NCBI RefSeq assembly: GCF_902786545.1
Contig: NZ_CADACU010000001.1
DNA length: 64,000 nt
Source: an uncultured Anaerovibrio sp.
GTDB taxonomy: Bacteria > Bacillota > Negativicutes > Selenomonadales > Selenomonadaceae
Reading direction: 5' to 3' (one strand)
The stretch's first letter is position 1. Every line of letters starts with the position of its first letter. Positions 37,725 through 47,951 of the stretch are shown here, one piece after another. The notes below the pieces were generated by a model, which made no database searches, had not been told where the DNA came from, and worked only from the letters and a program-made list of their open reading frames with translations. Position numbers and translations under genes: made by a program.

Positions 37725-38885
37725 TTATTTTGCCACGAAACGGTCTGGTTTGGCATGTCCTTTGGCATACTTGTAAAGAATGGCCTCCACTATGCGACGG
37801 GATGCCTGTCCATCACCATAAGGATTGCAGGCTTCGGCCATACGATTGTATTCAGCCCTATCCGTCAGCAGCTTCTTGGCTTCCTCGTATACCACCTTTT
37901 CATCTGTGCCGATAAGCTTCACAGTACCAGCCTCCACGGCTTCAGGCCGCTCAGTGGTATCCCGCAGTACCAAGACCGGTTTGCCCAGAGCCGGAGCTTC
38001 CTCCTGCACTCCACCGGAATCAGTAAGTATCATATAGGCCCGGTGCATAAGATTGGCAAATGGCTCATAATCCATTGGGTCAATAAGATACACCTTATCA
38101 TGGCCTCCTAATTCCTCCTTGACCACTTCCCTGACCTTTGGATTCTTGTGAACCGGGAATACAATCTCCACATCATCGAATTCCTCAGTAAGCTGCCGCA
38201 GAGCCTTATAGACATTCCGCATTGGCTCGCCCAAATTTTCCCGGCGATGGGTGGTAACCAAAATCACCCGTTTATTTTTATAGTCAATATTCTGCAATAT
38301 TTTGTTTTCAAATATAAAATCATCCCGGACTGTCTTATGGAGAGCATCGATAACCGTGTTACCGGTGACAAAGATTTTCTCAGTGTCAATGGACTCAGCC
38401 TTAAGATTGTTTTCCGATGTGTTGGTAGGTGCAAAATGCATATCCGCAATGGAGCCAGTGAGCTTCCGGTTCATTTCCTCCGGAAATGGCGAATACTTGT
38501 TATGGGTTCTGAGCCCGGCTTCCACATGACCAACAGCGATTTGATGATAATACGCTGCCAAGGCCCCGGCAAAGGTCGTAGTTGTATCACCATGTACCAG
38601 CACAATGTCCGGCTTTTCCTTCTGCAATACCTTATCCAGCCCCATCATGGCCCGAGATGTAATATCAAATAAGGTTTGACCGGCTGCCATAATGTCCAGG
38701 TCATAGTCAGGCTTAATACTAAACAAATTCAGCACCTGATCCAGCATATCCCGATGCTGAGCAGTTACTGCCACCACTGGCTTGATTTCATCAGGATGTT
38801 TGGCCAGTTCAAGTACAACCGGAGCCATTTTTATTGCTTCTGGGCGGGTACCGAATACGGTCATAACTTTTATTTTCTTACCCAT
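37725..38885 (-). CDS. wecB: UDP-N-acetylglucosamine 2-epimerase (non-hydrolysing)
   Basis: KVMTVFGTRPEAIKMAPV N-terminus, HVEAGLRT and TDSGGVQEEAP motifs. Confidence 0.9.
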   Translation of the reverse strand: MGKKIKVMTVFGTRPEAIKMAPVVLELAKHPDEIKPVVAVTAQHRDMLDQVLNLFSIKPDYDLDIMAAGQTLFDITSRAMMGLDKVLQKEKPDIVLVHGDTTTTFAGALAAYYHQIAVGHVEAGLRTHNKYSPFPEEMNRKLTGSIADMHFAPTNTSENNLKAESIDTEKIFVTGNTVIDALHKTVRDDFIFENKILQNIDYKNKRVILVTTHRRENLGEPMRNVYKALRQLTEEFDDVEIVFPVHKNPKVREVVKEELGGHDKVYLIDPMDYEPFANLMHRAYMILTDSGGVQEEAPALGKPVLVLRDTTERPEAVEAGTVKLIGTDEKVVYEEAKKLLTDRAEYNRMAEACNPYGDGQASRRIVEAILYKYAKGHAKPDRFVAK

Positions 38886-38920
38886 TATTATCCCCTTCTA
38901 CATTCTGAAACTACTTTATC

Positions 38921-39958
38921 TCAAGGATTTTTCATCCGAAGAATTCCCAGCTTCTTGGCACCAAGGAATACCACCAACAATACACAAACAACAATAGCGA
39001 TGGCAATGCCACCGGAAACCTCGTTCAGCAGCACTGCGCTAAAGCCTAACAACGCACTGATAACATACATCAGCAGAACAGCCTGTCTCTGGTTGAACCC
39101 CAAATCCAGCAGTCTGTGATGAAGGTGCCCTTTATCAGGCTTAAAGATTGGTACCCCGCCCCGATAACGACGGATAATAGCAAAGGAGGTATCCATAATA
39201 GGCACGCCCAAAGCTAAAATAGGTACAATCAGAGCAATAGTGGCAGCGCTTTTAACAGCTCCAATGACCGATATGCCGGCTAGCATAAAGCCCAAAAACA
39301 TACTGCCAGTATCTCCCATAAAGATTTTGGCCGGGTTGAAATTGTACCGCAAAAACCCGATAGCGGCTCCAGCCAAGGCCGCGGTAAGAATTGTAACCAG
39401 CATAAAATCATTCTGAATAGCCACCAGCAAAATTGTAATAGAGGCAATAGTCGCCACCCCGGCGGCCAGACCATCCAATCCATCAATCAAATTAACCGTG
39501 TTGGTCAATCCCACAATCCAGAAAATTGTAGCTGGAACGGCAAAATATTCCAAATAAAAATAATCACCAAAGGGATCGGCTATAAAGTCAATCTGCACTC
39601 CAAAACCAACCAGCACAGAAGCCGCCACTATCTGGCCCAGCAGCTTTACCTTGGCTGGCAGACACTTATAGTCATCCACAATACCCAACAACACTATCAG
39701 GGAACTGCTGACCAGTAACCCGATAACCCCGGTTCGCACATCGTCTGGCAATAAATTCAAATCCAATGCAAACAAAGTACCAGCCATAAAGGCCAGATAT
39801 ATTCCAATGCCACCAATTCGTGGTATTGGCTTCTGATGTACTTTTCTGGCATCCGGAGCGTCCAATGCACCAGTTTTGTCGGCAAACAATATAACAAACG
39901 GTGTAATTACCAACGAAACAACTAATGCAATCAATAATGCCCAAATAAAATTCGGCAT
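38921..39958 (-). CDS. wecA: Polyprenyl-phosphate GlcNAc-1-phosphate transferase (MraY/WecA/TagO family)
   Basis: PRIGGI, NLIDGLDGLA and MGDTGS motifs in about 10 TM. ATG at 39958 after an AGGTGA RBS. Confidence 0.75.
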   Translation of the reverse strand: MPNFIWALLIALVVSLVITPFVILFADKTGALDAPDARKVHQKPIPRIGGIGIYLAFMAGTLFALDLNLLPDDVRTGVIGLLVSSSLIVLLGIVDDYKCLPAKVKLLGQIVAASVLVGFGVQIDFIADPFGDYFYLEYFAVPATIFWIVGLTNTVNLIDGLDGLAAGVATIASITILLVAIQNDFMLVTILTAALAGAAIGFLRYNFNPAKIFMGDTGSMFLGFMLAGISVIGAVKSAATIALIVPILALGVPIMDTSFAIIRRYRGGVPIFKPDKGHLHHRLLDLGFNQRQAVLLMYVISALLGFSAVLLNEVSGGIAIAIVVCVLLVVFLGAKKLGILRMKNP

Positions 39959-40028
39959 ATAATTCACCTGCTTTCTCAAGACCATACCGATTTTACATCA
40001 GTGTGAAAGCATTGTCAATATAGTGTTA

Positions 40029-40487
40029 TCACTTAATATCCTTCGGCTCAACCTCAACAGTGGAACCATCCGGTTCCAAATAAATCACCTTATCAAGCAT
40101 GGCATTTCTGAGCATTCGGCGACATAACAGGCATGGCTTGCCGGAGGCCAGGGTGCCATCCGCATTATAGCCCACAATATAGGCTGTAGCCCCCTTCATC
40201 TTTTCGGGATCGCCATTGATAATAGCATTTTGCTCAGCATGTACTGCTACACATAGCTCATAGTTTTGTCCCGGCTTTATACCCAGACGCTGCCTTTCGC
40301 ACATGCCGGTATCAATACAGTTGGCCTCCCCCCGGGGAGCTCCATTATAGCCAGTGCTGACAATTATCTTATCCTTGACAATAATAGCCCCATATCTTCG
40401 TCTGAGGCAAGTGGACCGGCGCCCCACTGCTTTGGCAATATCCAAAAAATAGTCATTCCATTCCGGTCTTTCCTGTGTTTCTCCCAT
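40029..40487 (-). CDS. comEB: dCMP deaminase (ComEB type)
   Basis: WNDYFLDIAKAV, HAEQNAI and PCLLC zinc motifs. Start set to the ATG at 40487; the longer tracked ORF overlaps the upstream gene. Confidence 0.85.
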   Translation of the reverse strand: MGETQERPEWNDYFLDIAKAVGRRSTCLRRRYGAIIVKDKIIVSTGYNGAPRGEANCIDTGMCERQRLGIKPGQNYELCVAVHAEQNAIINGDPEKMKGATAYIVGYNADGTLASGKPCLLCRRMLRNAMLDKVIYLEPDGSTVEVEPKDIK

Positions 40488-40488
40488 T

Positions 40489-40896
40489 TTATTCTCCCCT
40501 TCGATCTGACAAGAAACGCCTTGCCAAAATAATTGCCACAAAATCATCCACCGGCTCTGGCGGCACCTGCATACTGGTTGGCAAAAGCTTCCGCCACCCC
40601 TTAGGCGGTTTTGCCTTCCAATATTCCTGCCGGGCCAGCTGGGTGGTATAATACTCATCCACCTCCACCAGCTCCAGCTTTGGATAATTTTTCTCTATTT
40701 CTGTCTGCGCAGTCTGGCTGGTGGTGCCATTCCCAATTACCAGAGCAGACGCCCCGCAGGCTTCCAACTGCTCCCCGATAATCTTCATAAGATCATCAGT
40801 TTTTACAACCTTCTGATAAAGCACCGTTCCTGACGGGTCCAACACCGCAACCCCACACTTATCCCGTCCCGGGTCAACAGCTATGATGTTATCCAT
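40489..40896 (-). CDS. YqgF/RuvX-like RNase H-fold protein
   Basis: IIAVDPGRDKCGVAVLD N-terminal acidic motif and VDEYYTT motif. Confidence 0.5.
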   Translation of the reverse strand: MDNIIAVDPGRDKCGVAVLDPSGTVLYQKVVKTDDLMKIIGEQLEACGASALVIGNGTTSQTAQTEIEKNYPKLELVEVDEYYTTQLARQEYWKAKPPKGWRKLLPTSMQVPPEPVDDFVAIILARRFLSDRRGE

Positions 40897-40959
40897 CTAA
40901 TTACCCCTTATTTGTCACAGACTAGATCGAAATACTTGCTTTAGATTTACTAGAAATTG

Positions 40960-42183
40960 TTAAAACAGTCCTCTGGAACCAATCACCTTCAGGCGCAGGC
41001 GTAATGGGCCAAACACCTCACAGGTTCCCTTGGAATAGGCATAAATCATCGCCTTGCCGTTATTATGATGCAATTCATCAATTACCTTGTAAATTTCTTC
41101 TCCATCAATCACACCAACATTACCGGAAATCGGGTCCGGCAGCATTCCTTTGCGAGTGGCAATGCCGTTTACTTCCCGCAGGAATGAAGTAATTGCCCCA
41201 TCAACTTCTTCCTCATTGTTTATATCCACATTGATATTACTTGTAGCAATCAGCTCATCGTCATCAAAAACCTTACGGTTGCGGAACAGCTGTAGCACCG
41301 TTCTAACGCTTTCACCCCTCACCATATTTCCAATGGAAATAACGCGGACAATCACATCATCCTTGCTGGTAGAAATCACTTTGGCAGCTCGTTCATATTC
41401 GGATTCCAATACCCAAATCTGCTTTTCTTCCTCAGTAGCCTCGTCTCCCAGTCGACGGGAAATATTGTTACGGGCGATTTCCGTCAACATCTGCAAATCA
41501 CCTAAGATCTCTTCTTCACGACGGCCAGCTTTTACCACACCACTGGATAATACTTCACCGGCCCGGAAGGTTATATCGCCTTCCCGCATAATCTGTATAC
41601 CGGTGGCCAGATTTTCGTTGCTGACTTCCAGCTGCTTGTTGGCCTCCACCAGCTTGGCATTACCTTCCATCAGCTTGCTGTTACTTTCCTCCAGCTTGGA
41701 ATTGTTTTCCGACAGGGAGTGATTTTTTTCCGTAAGCTCGTTATTGGCTACTTCCAAAAGACTGTTGCCCCGCTGCAACTCCACAGCGCGCTGTTCAAGT
41801 GCATTGCGTTGGGCATTAAGCTTTTCTACCGCTGCCTGAGTTTCTTTTAATTCTTCGTTGGTTTTATTTTGCTCTGCCTTGGCCTGCTCCAGTTCTCTGG
41901 AGGCGGTTGACAGGCGCTGCTCCGCTTCTGCCATGGAATATCGCAGTTGTTCCATGCCGAACAAAGCTGTCCGTACATTTTCCGACACTGTAGTCATTAC
42001 CGCCAAAGTTACGGTGGTAATGCTTATACCGGTCAATATTGTTACCAAAATAGATGTATATTTCGGTCTAAGGCCAAACATGGTCAGCTTTTTCTTGCCG
42101 ACTCTTGACCCCAGCCGGTCACCGATAAAAGCAATGGCTCCACCTGTAACAACCAGAACCATAATCAAAAACAGACCATACAT
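40960..42183 (-). CDS. DUF3084-like membrane-anchored coiled-coil protein
   Basis: N-terminal TM plus IGDRLGSRVGKKKLTMFGLRPKYTS (recalled DUF3084 signature) and a long heptad-rich central region. Confidence 0.6.
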   Translation of the reverse strand: MYGLFLIMVLVVTGGAIAFIGDRLGSRVGKKKLTMFGLRPKYTSILVTILTGISITTVTLAVMTTVSENVRTALFGMEQLRYSMAEAEQRLSTASRELEQAKAEQNKTNEELKETQAAVEKLNAQRNALEQRAVELQRGNSLLEVANNELTEKNHSLSENNSKLEESNSKLMEGNAKLVEANKQLEVSNENLATGIQIMREGDITFRAGEVLSSGVVKAGRREEEILGDLQMLTEIARNNISRRLGDEATEEEKQIWVLESEYERAAKVISTSKDDVIVRVISIGNMVRGESVRTVLQLFRNRKVFDDDELIATSNINVDINNEEEVDGAITSFLREVNGIATRKGMLPDPISGNVGVIDGEEIYKVIDELHHNNGKAMIYAYSKGTCEVFGPLRLRLKVIGSRGLF

Positions 42184-42215
42184 GCAGAGTCACTCCTCCT
42201 CGCTAAACAAATATC

Positions 42216-43313
42216 TTATCGTGCTGCCCTGTGCATCAGCCAGCAGCCTGCCAACAATCCTATAATATTAGGCAACCATACTGCCAACATAGGATCCACC
42301 GTGCCACTCTGTGCTATGGCTCCGGCCATGGTCATAAGACTATAATAAATGAAAATAATTATTATACTAATGACAAATCCACGCGACGAGCTGTTTCTAT
42401 TTGGCTGCATTCCCAATGGGATAGCCACCAATGTAAATATCAAGCTGGCCATCGGTATAGTTACCCGTTGATAAAGCTCTGCTTCCAGCTTAGAGGTGTT
42501 AACATACTGGGCCCGCATAATCTCAATCTGTGCCTTCAGTTCCTTCATGGACATCTCCTCCGGCTTCTTTTGGGAGCGGATTATCTCATTTGGACTCTGA
42601 TTGATTGGCAATACCTGGGAATTAAAATGCATGGTGTGATGCGTTTCCCCCTTGGATACATCATAAATAATCCCAGAATACATTGTCCATTGGTTGTTCT
42701 GCCACTTAGCATATTCAGCATTTTCCACATGGGATAAATTGCCCTCCTCAAAGGCCTGCATGGAAATTCCATACATGGTGTTTGTATCGGCCTCATACTG
42801 ACGGGCATAAATCAACCGCTGAATCGTGCCTTCACGGATTTCCTTTATAATGATGTGCTCCTGGGATTGAGGAGCCAAATTGCCTTTTATTTCGTAATTC
42901 AGTACATTGCTGTACGCTTCATTGGACCATGGCACCACATATTCATTAAAGCCAATGGCAAAAACACTCACCACTGCCCCCAAAGCGATAGCCGGCATAG
43001 CAATGCGGTAAAAGCTGATGCCACAGGACTTCATGGCCGTTATTTCACTATTTCCGGACAATCGTCCAATAGTTAAAAGACTGGCCAACAGCATGGACAT
43101 AGGGAAAGTCCAAATCACAACACCAGGCAAACTCAGAACAAAAATCTTCGCCACTGAAGCCAGCGATGCACCATATTCCGTTACATACTGTGCGATACGG
43201 AACAAAGTTCCAGAGCCGATAAATACGGCTGAAAAGGCACAGATGCCAAATATAAAGGTCTTAAAAACCTCTTTTAGTATGTATATATCTAAAATTCTAA
43301 TACGCATCCGCAT
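42216..43313 (-). CDS. LptF/LptG-family LPS export permease (only one copy here)
   Basis: YjgP/YjgQ layout: RILDIYILKEVFKTF start, 3 TM, a beta-jellyroll-sized loop, then 3 TM. Adjacent to lptB. Confidence 0.8.
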   Translation of the reverse strand: MRMRIRILDIYILKEVFKTFIFGICAFSAVFIGSGTLFRIAQYVTEYGASLASVAKIFVLSLPGVVIWTFPMSMLLASLLTIGRLSGNSEITAMKSCGISFYRIAMPAIALGAVVSVFAIGFNEYVVPWSNEAYSNVLNYEIKGNLAPQSQEHIIIKEIREGTIQRLIYARQYEADTNTMYGISMQAFEEGNLSHVENAEYAKWQNNQWTMYSGIIYDVSKGETHHTMHFNSQVLPINQSPNEIIRSQKKPEEMSMKELKAQIEIMRAQYVNTSKLEAELYQRVTIPMASLIFTLVAIPLGMQPNRNSSSRGFVISIIIIFIYYSLMTMAGAIAQSGTVDPMLAVWLPNIIGLLAGCWLMHRAAR

Positions 43314-43318
43314 TACCT

Positions 43319-44038
43319 CTATAGTTTAAAGTCCTTACCAAGATAGAATTTCTTGGCAAGCTCGCTGTTGGCAATAGTCTGACTGTCTCCTTCAAGAAGG
43401 ATTTTACCATTATTCAGAATATAGGCCCGATCCACTATATGCAAGGTTTCCCGCACATTATGGTCAGTGATGAGAATACCCATTCCCCGCTTTTGCAGGT
43501 ATTTGATAATCCCCTGAATATCGGCCACGGCCAAAGGGTCAACTCCGGCAAACGGCTCATCCAACAGAATAAACTGTGGCTCCAAGGCCAGGCAACGAGC
43601 GATTTCCACCCGGCGCCGCTCGCCACCGGACAGCTCGGTTCCCAGCCGGTCAATAACATGGGAAACATGAAATTCTTCCAGCAGCTGCTTCACCCGTTTT
43701 TTCCGTTCATCCTTGTCCTTTATACTGGCTTCCAAAATTGCCATTATATTTTCTTCAACAGTGAGATTTCGGAAAATTGATGCCTCCTGGGCCAGATAGC
43801 TGATTCCCAGCTTAGCCCGTCGATACATGGGCAAATCTCCTATAGGAATTTCCGACAAAAAAACCTCACCGGCAGTCGGCTTTTCCAATCCCACAATCAT
43901 ATAAAATGTGGTGGTCTTTCCGGCGCCATTTGGTCCCAAAAGACCCACAATTTCCCCCTTGTAAACCTTCAGGGAAACATTGTCCACTACATTTCGCTTC
44001 TTGTATGTCTTAACTAAATTCCTGGCCTCAATATGCAT
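43319..44038 (-). CDS. lptB: LPS export ABC transporter ATP-binding protein
   Basis: Walker [10 protein letters not shown], signature LSGGERRR, and a C-terminal YLGKDFKL tail typical of LptB. Confidence 0.9.
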   Translation of the reverse strand: MHIEARNLVKTYKKRNVVDNVSLKVYKGEIVGLLGPNGAGKTTTFYMIVGLEKPTAGEVFLSEIPIGDLPMYRRAKLGISYLAQEASIFRNLTVEENIMAILEASIKDKDERKKRVKQLLEEFHVSHVIDRLGTELSGGERRRVEIARCLALEPQFILLDEPFAGVDPLAVADIQGIIKYLQKRGMGILITDHNVRETLHIVDRAYILNNGKILLEGDSQTIANSELAKKFYLGKDFKL

Positions 44039-44073
44039 TGATCAGCCCTCCAAAACATCTATGTAAATCCTCA

Positions 44074-44772
44074 TTATTTGGCCTTCAATTTTCCATCTTC
44101 AGCCAAAAATACGGTCAATTTATTGCTCTTTAAGGTGTTGTTATCCTGCACAGCCCAAGCATTGCCCGTGAGCACTGCCTTACCGTTTTCGCCGCCAAAA
44201 TAATCCACCTGATCACCGCCGGCTTCCAGATTATTCTTTGGGCTTTCCATATGAGCATTGCCCTTGCCAATAATCCGGTCATTCATCATATAGCCTTCCA
44301 TATAATCTGCCGTAAAGGTTCCATCTATGGACGAAATGGTTCCACCGGATGGAATAAGGACATACTGGTTTGTATCAAAATATTCCACCTGGGGGCCGGA
44401 AAAGTGCTTATCCGCCTTGGTCCCGTTTACAGAACCTACAGCAATAATATGGTTGCTGCCGTCAGTTGACACCAAATCCGCTGTTACCCGCATATCTTCC
44501 TTGGTGGCAACCACATTACCGGACACCTTGCCGTCCTTATTATTGACATCAAACTCCGCATAATCACCGGTAACCCTGGCTTCACCCTTAATCATGATAA
44601 CATTGCCGCTGGCCGTGGCCATGCCGGTATTCATATCATATTCTACCACTTCAGCATCAAGGCTGGTCTTTTCCTGAGATGCATCCGGTGCAGCAAAAAT
44701 CGTTCCGGAAATGGCGATAGTGGTAATACCTGCTAAAATAATTGCTTTTTTTATGTTAGTCCTGATTTTCAT
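44074..44772 (-). CDS. lptA: LptA/OstA-like periplasmic LPS transport protein
   Basis: Signal peptide, repetitive beta-rich OstA-like sequence, position between lptC and lptB. Confidence 0.6.
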   Translation of the reverse strand: MKIRTNIKKAIILAGITTIAISGTIFAAPDASQEKTSLDAEVVEYDMNTGMATASGNVIMIKGEARVTGDYAEFDVNNKDGKVSGNVVATKEDMRVTADLVSTDGSNHIIAVGSVNGTKADKHFSGPQVEYFDTNQYVLIPSGGTISSIDGTFTADYMEGYMMNDRIIGKGNAHMESPKNNLEAGGDQVDYFGGENGKAVLTGNAWAVQDNNTLKSNKLTVFLAEDGKLKAK

Positions 44773-44775
44773 GGC

Positions 44776-45330
44776 TTAATTTCCTTTCTCAAAATGAGCC
44801 CCGCCAACCGCCTTAAATTTTTTAAAGCCGTTACTGCTCTCTATTCGGTCAGCCGTCGCCTTAACATGTTCTTTTTCGTATTCCAGCCGGGCATCCCCCT
44901 TCATCGCCAGGGTATCTTCTGCCGGGAGCCATTCCACTTCCTGGCAGGAGAATTTACCTCCGTCACTGCTTTTACCGGCAACCCCATTCACCACAATCAG
45001 ATGATGAGTTTTATCTTCATAGGTTGCCTTGGGAGCCGTCAACTCCACAGTGCGTCCATCCTCAAAATTGAAGGTTGCCTTCACATTTGTGAGGGACGCA
45101 TTCTTGGTATCTATATCCATTTCAATATCTTCAGCCTTAATTGTCCACAATATTCGTCCATCTTTTTCCTGACTGATGGTATTGCCATCAAAGCTAACCA
45201 CCCGTTGGTCCAATGGAGCCGGCTCATTCTGAGGCCCGTTCGGAATATTGGTAACTGCCCAAACAATCAGTATTACCAGCAGTACTGAAGAAATGGCCAC
45301 TATAGCCTTTCCTTTTTTACTCATTCGCAC
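44776..45330 (-). CDS. lptC: LptC-like membrane-anchored LPS transport protein
   Basis: Single N-terminal TM, about 180 aa, beta-rich, upstream of the lptA-like gene. Confidence 0.6.
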   Translation of the reverse strand: MRMSKKGKAIVAISSVLLVILIVWAVTNIPNGPQNEPAPLDQRVVSFDGNTISQEKDGRILWTIKAEDIEMDIDTKNASLTNVKATFNFEDGRTVELTAPKATYEDKTHHLIVVNGVAGKSSDGGKFSCQEVEWLPAEDTLAMKGDARLEYEKEHVKATADRIESSNGFKKFKAVGGAHFEKGN

Positions 45331-46231
45331 TTACCTCTGTCTTTACCGTGTGATGCTTCTGAACCCGTTGCTCCGGCGGAGTGTTCCACCGTTTTTGGAA
45401 CCATAGCCACTGAGTCGGATTGTCCAGAATAACCTTTTCCAATATCTTGGTCATCTTGTAAGTCAGATTAAATAAATCTTTATCCGCATCGCCAGTATCT
45501 TCATAACGGAGAATATCCCCCACCAGCACCTTGTGGTGTCCGTCCGGCTGTCGCAGAATAAAAGCAGGAATTATCGGTGAGTTGAATTTCTTGGCAAACA
45601 CCGCTGCCCCCATGGGCGTAGAAGCCGTCTTCCCTAAAAACTCAATAAATGCTCCGCCAGGACCGGCGTCCTGATCCGCCAAAAATCCTAAAATACGGCC
45701 TTTCTTCAAGGCCTTGGCGGCCGACAGCAGCTCACTGGTCCCCCGGGAGAAAATCTCCACATCAATAGTCGCCCGCAAATCATTCAGGGCATTGGTATAA
45801 TCCATATTAGGCTGTTGCTTGGCAATAGCACTTACCGGCAAATCATTCATGGTGAACGCGGCTGACAGCCATTCCCAGTTACCTACATGCCCGGTCAATA
45901 CCACCACTCCCCGCTTTTCAGCCAGGGCTGCCTTCATAGTATCCAGATTTATAACCTCAATATGTTTGGTGAAATTTTCCTTGTTAAGCGCCGGCATATA
46001 TAAAACTTCCATGAAATTTTTTCCCATGTTAATGAAGGATTCCCTCACCAGCCTTTGGGCTTCCGCCTCATCAATCTTCAAAGATTCCCTCATCTGTTTT
46101 ATCGCCAGATTGCGCTGTTTTTTTATGAACTTGTAATATAATTTTCCCAGACCACTGCCAGCCTTCATCAAGAGACTGTATGGGGTCCGACAGGCTACCC
46201 AGCTCAAAAACATCAGAAGTTTATATACCAT
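45317..46231 (-). CDS. Lipid A late acyltransferase (LpxL/HtrB family)
   Basis: LTGHVGNWEW catalytic HxxxxE-type motif; size and context. Confidence 0.75.
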   Translation of the reverse strand: MVYKLLMFLSWVACRTPYSLLMKAGSGLGKLYYKFIKKQRNLAIKQMRESLKIDEAEAQRLVRESFINMGKNFMEVLYMPALNKENFTKHIEVINLDTMKAALAEKRGVVVLTGHVGNWEWLSAAFTMNDLPVSAIAKQQPNMDYTNALNDLRATIDVEIFSRGTSELLSAAKALKKGRILGFLADQDAGPGGAFIEFLGKTASTPMGAAVFAKKFNSPIIPAFILRQPDGHHKVLVGDILRYEDTGDADKDLFNLTYKMTKILEKVILDNPTQWLWFQKRWNTPPEQRVQKHHTVKTEVSANE

Positions 46232-46257
46232 AAATATCCCCCACCAAAAGAATATAC

Positions 46258-46818
46258 TTATTGGGTCAATTCATCAACCCTTGGTTTTGCCACGAAGCTT
46301 TCCACCAGTGAATCCCATTTTCCCTGTTGTTTTAGGATATACTCGATGATATCCCGCACCGCTCCATTACCACCATTATGGTCAGCAATTATTGCCGCGT
46401 GCTGCTTTACTTCTTCCATGGCATCACCCACGGCACAGCTTAAGCCCGCCTGCAAAAGTAGTGGCAAATCATTTAAATCATCCCCAACATAAGCTACTTC
46501 CGCATCTGTCAGAGAAAATTTTTCCTTCAGCTCAATGTAGGCCTGCCGCTTATCGCTGCAGCCCTGCCAAATGGCTGAAATTTTCAATTCATTAGCCCGG
46601 TTTTCTACAATTTTTGACTTACGACCGGTAATGATGGCACTCTTTAGTCCAGCCTTATGCAGTAAAGCAATACCCATGCCATCTCTGGCTGAAAAGGACT
46701 TCATTGCCTCTCCATCGTTTCCCATGTAGATATGACCATCGGTTAGCGTTCCATCTACATCAAAAACAACCATTTTTACCCGTCTGGCCGCCTGTACAGC
46801 ATTGTCTTCAGCAATCAT
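46258..46818 (-). CDS. kdsC: Kdo-8-phosphate phosphatase
   Basis: VFDVDGTLTDG and GDDLNDLP HAD-IIIA motifs. Confidence 0.85.
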   Translation of the reverse strand: MIAEDNAVQAARRVKMVVFDVDGTLTDGHIYMGNDGEAMKSFSARDGMGIALLHKAGLKSAIITGRKSKIVENRANELKISAIWQGCSDKRQAYIELKEKFSLTDAEVAYVGDDLNDLPLLLQAGLSCAVGDAMEEVKQHAAIIADHNGGNGAVRDIIEYILKQQGKWDSLVESFVAKPRVDELTQ

Positions 46819-46819
46819 C

Positions 46820-47788
46820 TCATACTACTCCCTGCCGCAGCAAATCAGTAAGATGAACAATTCCAACTGGTTTATTGTCAGTATCCACCACCGGCAACAC
46901 GGTGATTGGCCGTGGCTTGTGTTTCTCCATAATACTCAGGGCCGAAGCCGCCAACTGTTCCTTGGCTATAGTCTGTGGATTTCTGGTCATCAGCTTATCT
47001 ACTGATTCATCCAGGAACTGACTGCCCTTGGCCAACCCCCGTCGAATATCACCATCAGTCACCAAACCGATGAAATTGCCATCATCATCCACCACTGAGG
47101 TAGCACCCAGCCCCTTGTCCGTCATCATAAAGAGTGCCTCCTTGGCTGTTGCGCTGTAGTGAATAATTGGATTATCCTCACCACTATGCATAACATTTTC
47201 CACGGTAAGCAACAATTTTCGTCCCAAGGAACCACCCGGATGGAACAGGGCAAAATCCTGCTTGGTGAAATTTCTTGCCTCCAGCAGCGCCACCGTAATG
47301 GCATCTCCCATGGCCAAGGTTGCCGTAGTGCTGGCAGTAGGTGCCAACCCCAATGGACAAGCTTCTCTCTCCACACTGACATCCACAAAATAATCGGCAT
47401 TTCGTCCGAGAGAAGACTCCCGTCGGCCGGACATCGCCACGATCTTAGCCCCAATCCGCTTAATAACCGGTAAAATATTCACAACCTCCGCACTTTCACC
47501 GCTGTTGGAAATGGCAATAACCACATCATCAGCCGTTACCATTCCCAAATCACCATGAAAGGCCTCGGCTGGGTGCATAAAGAAAGCCGGTGTACCGGTG
47601 CTGGCCAGACTGGCCGCAATTTTTCTTCCTACATGCCCTGATTTACCCATACCGGTAATAATTACTCTGGCATGGCAATCCAAAATGCACTGTACTACTT
47701 TTTCAAATTCGTCATCTACATGATCAATCAGCTTTATAACTGAATCAGCCTCAATACGCAGAGTCTGAATCGCCGAATCTTTTATCAT
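46820..47788 (-). CDS. kdsD: Arabinose-5-phosphate isomerase (SIS plus tandem CBS)
   Basis: GMGKSGHVGRK SIS motif and C-terminal CBS pair. Confidence 0.9.
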   Translation of the reverse strand: MIKDSAIQTLRIEADSVIKLIDHVDDEFEKVVQCILDCHARVIITGMGKSGHVGRKIAASLASTGTPAFFMHPAEAFHGDLGMVTADDVVIAISNSGESAEVVNILPVIKRIGAKIVAMSGRRESSLGRNADYFVDVSVEREACPLGLAPTASTTATLAMGDAITVALLEARNFTKQDFALFHPGGSLGRKLLLTVENVMHSGEDNPIIHYSATAKEALFMMTDKGLGATSVVDDDGNFIGLVTDGDIRRGLAKGSQFLDESVDKLMTRNPQTIAKEQLAASALSIMEKHKPRPITVLPVVDTDNKPVGIVHLTDLLRQGVV

Positions 47789-47951
47789 CAGTCTGACTCC
47801 CTCGATTTATTATAACGCCATTGTTCAAATTTTTCTTTTTTCAGAAGAAAAATCTTCCAATTAGCGTTTCAACGAGGTGGGAGATATGCTCACCACCTGT
47901 TGTAGTTTGTTTTCACCCCCACCTAAAGAGGAGGGGGACATCTTCACTTCG

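Noticed and set aside
40488-40658. N-terminal 57-aa extension of the dCMP deaminase ORF. Similar extensions occur at 9068-9196, 8235-8270, 16997-17053, 37183-37242 and 63852-63890.
   Set aside because: The extensions overlap upstream genes, a terminator or repeat elements. Internal starts are preceded by good Shine-Dalgarno sequences and match the usual family N-termini.
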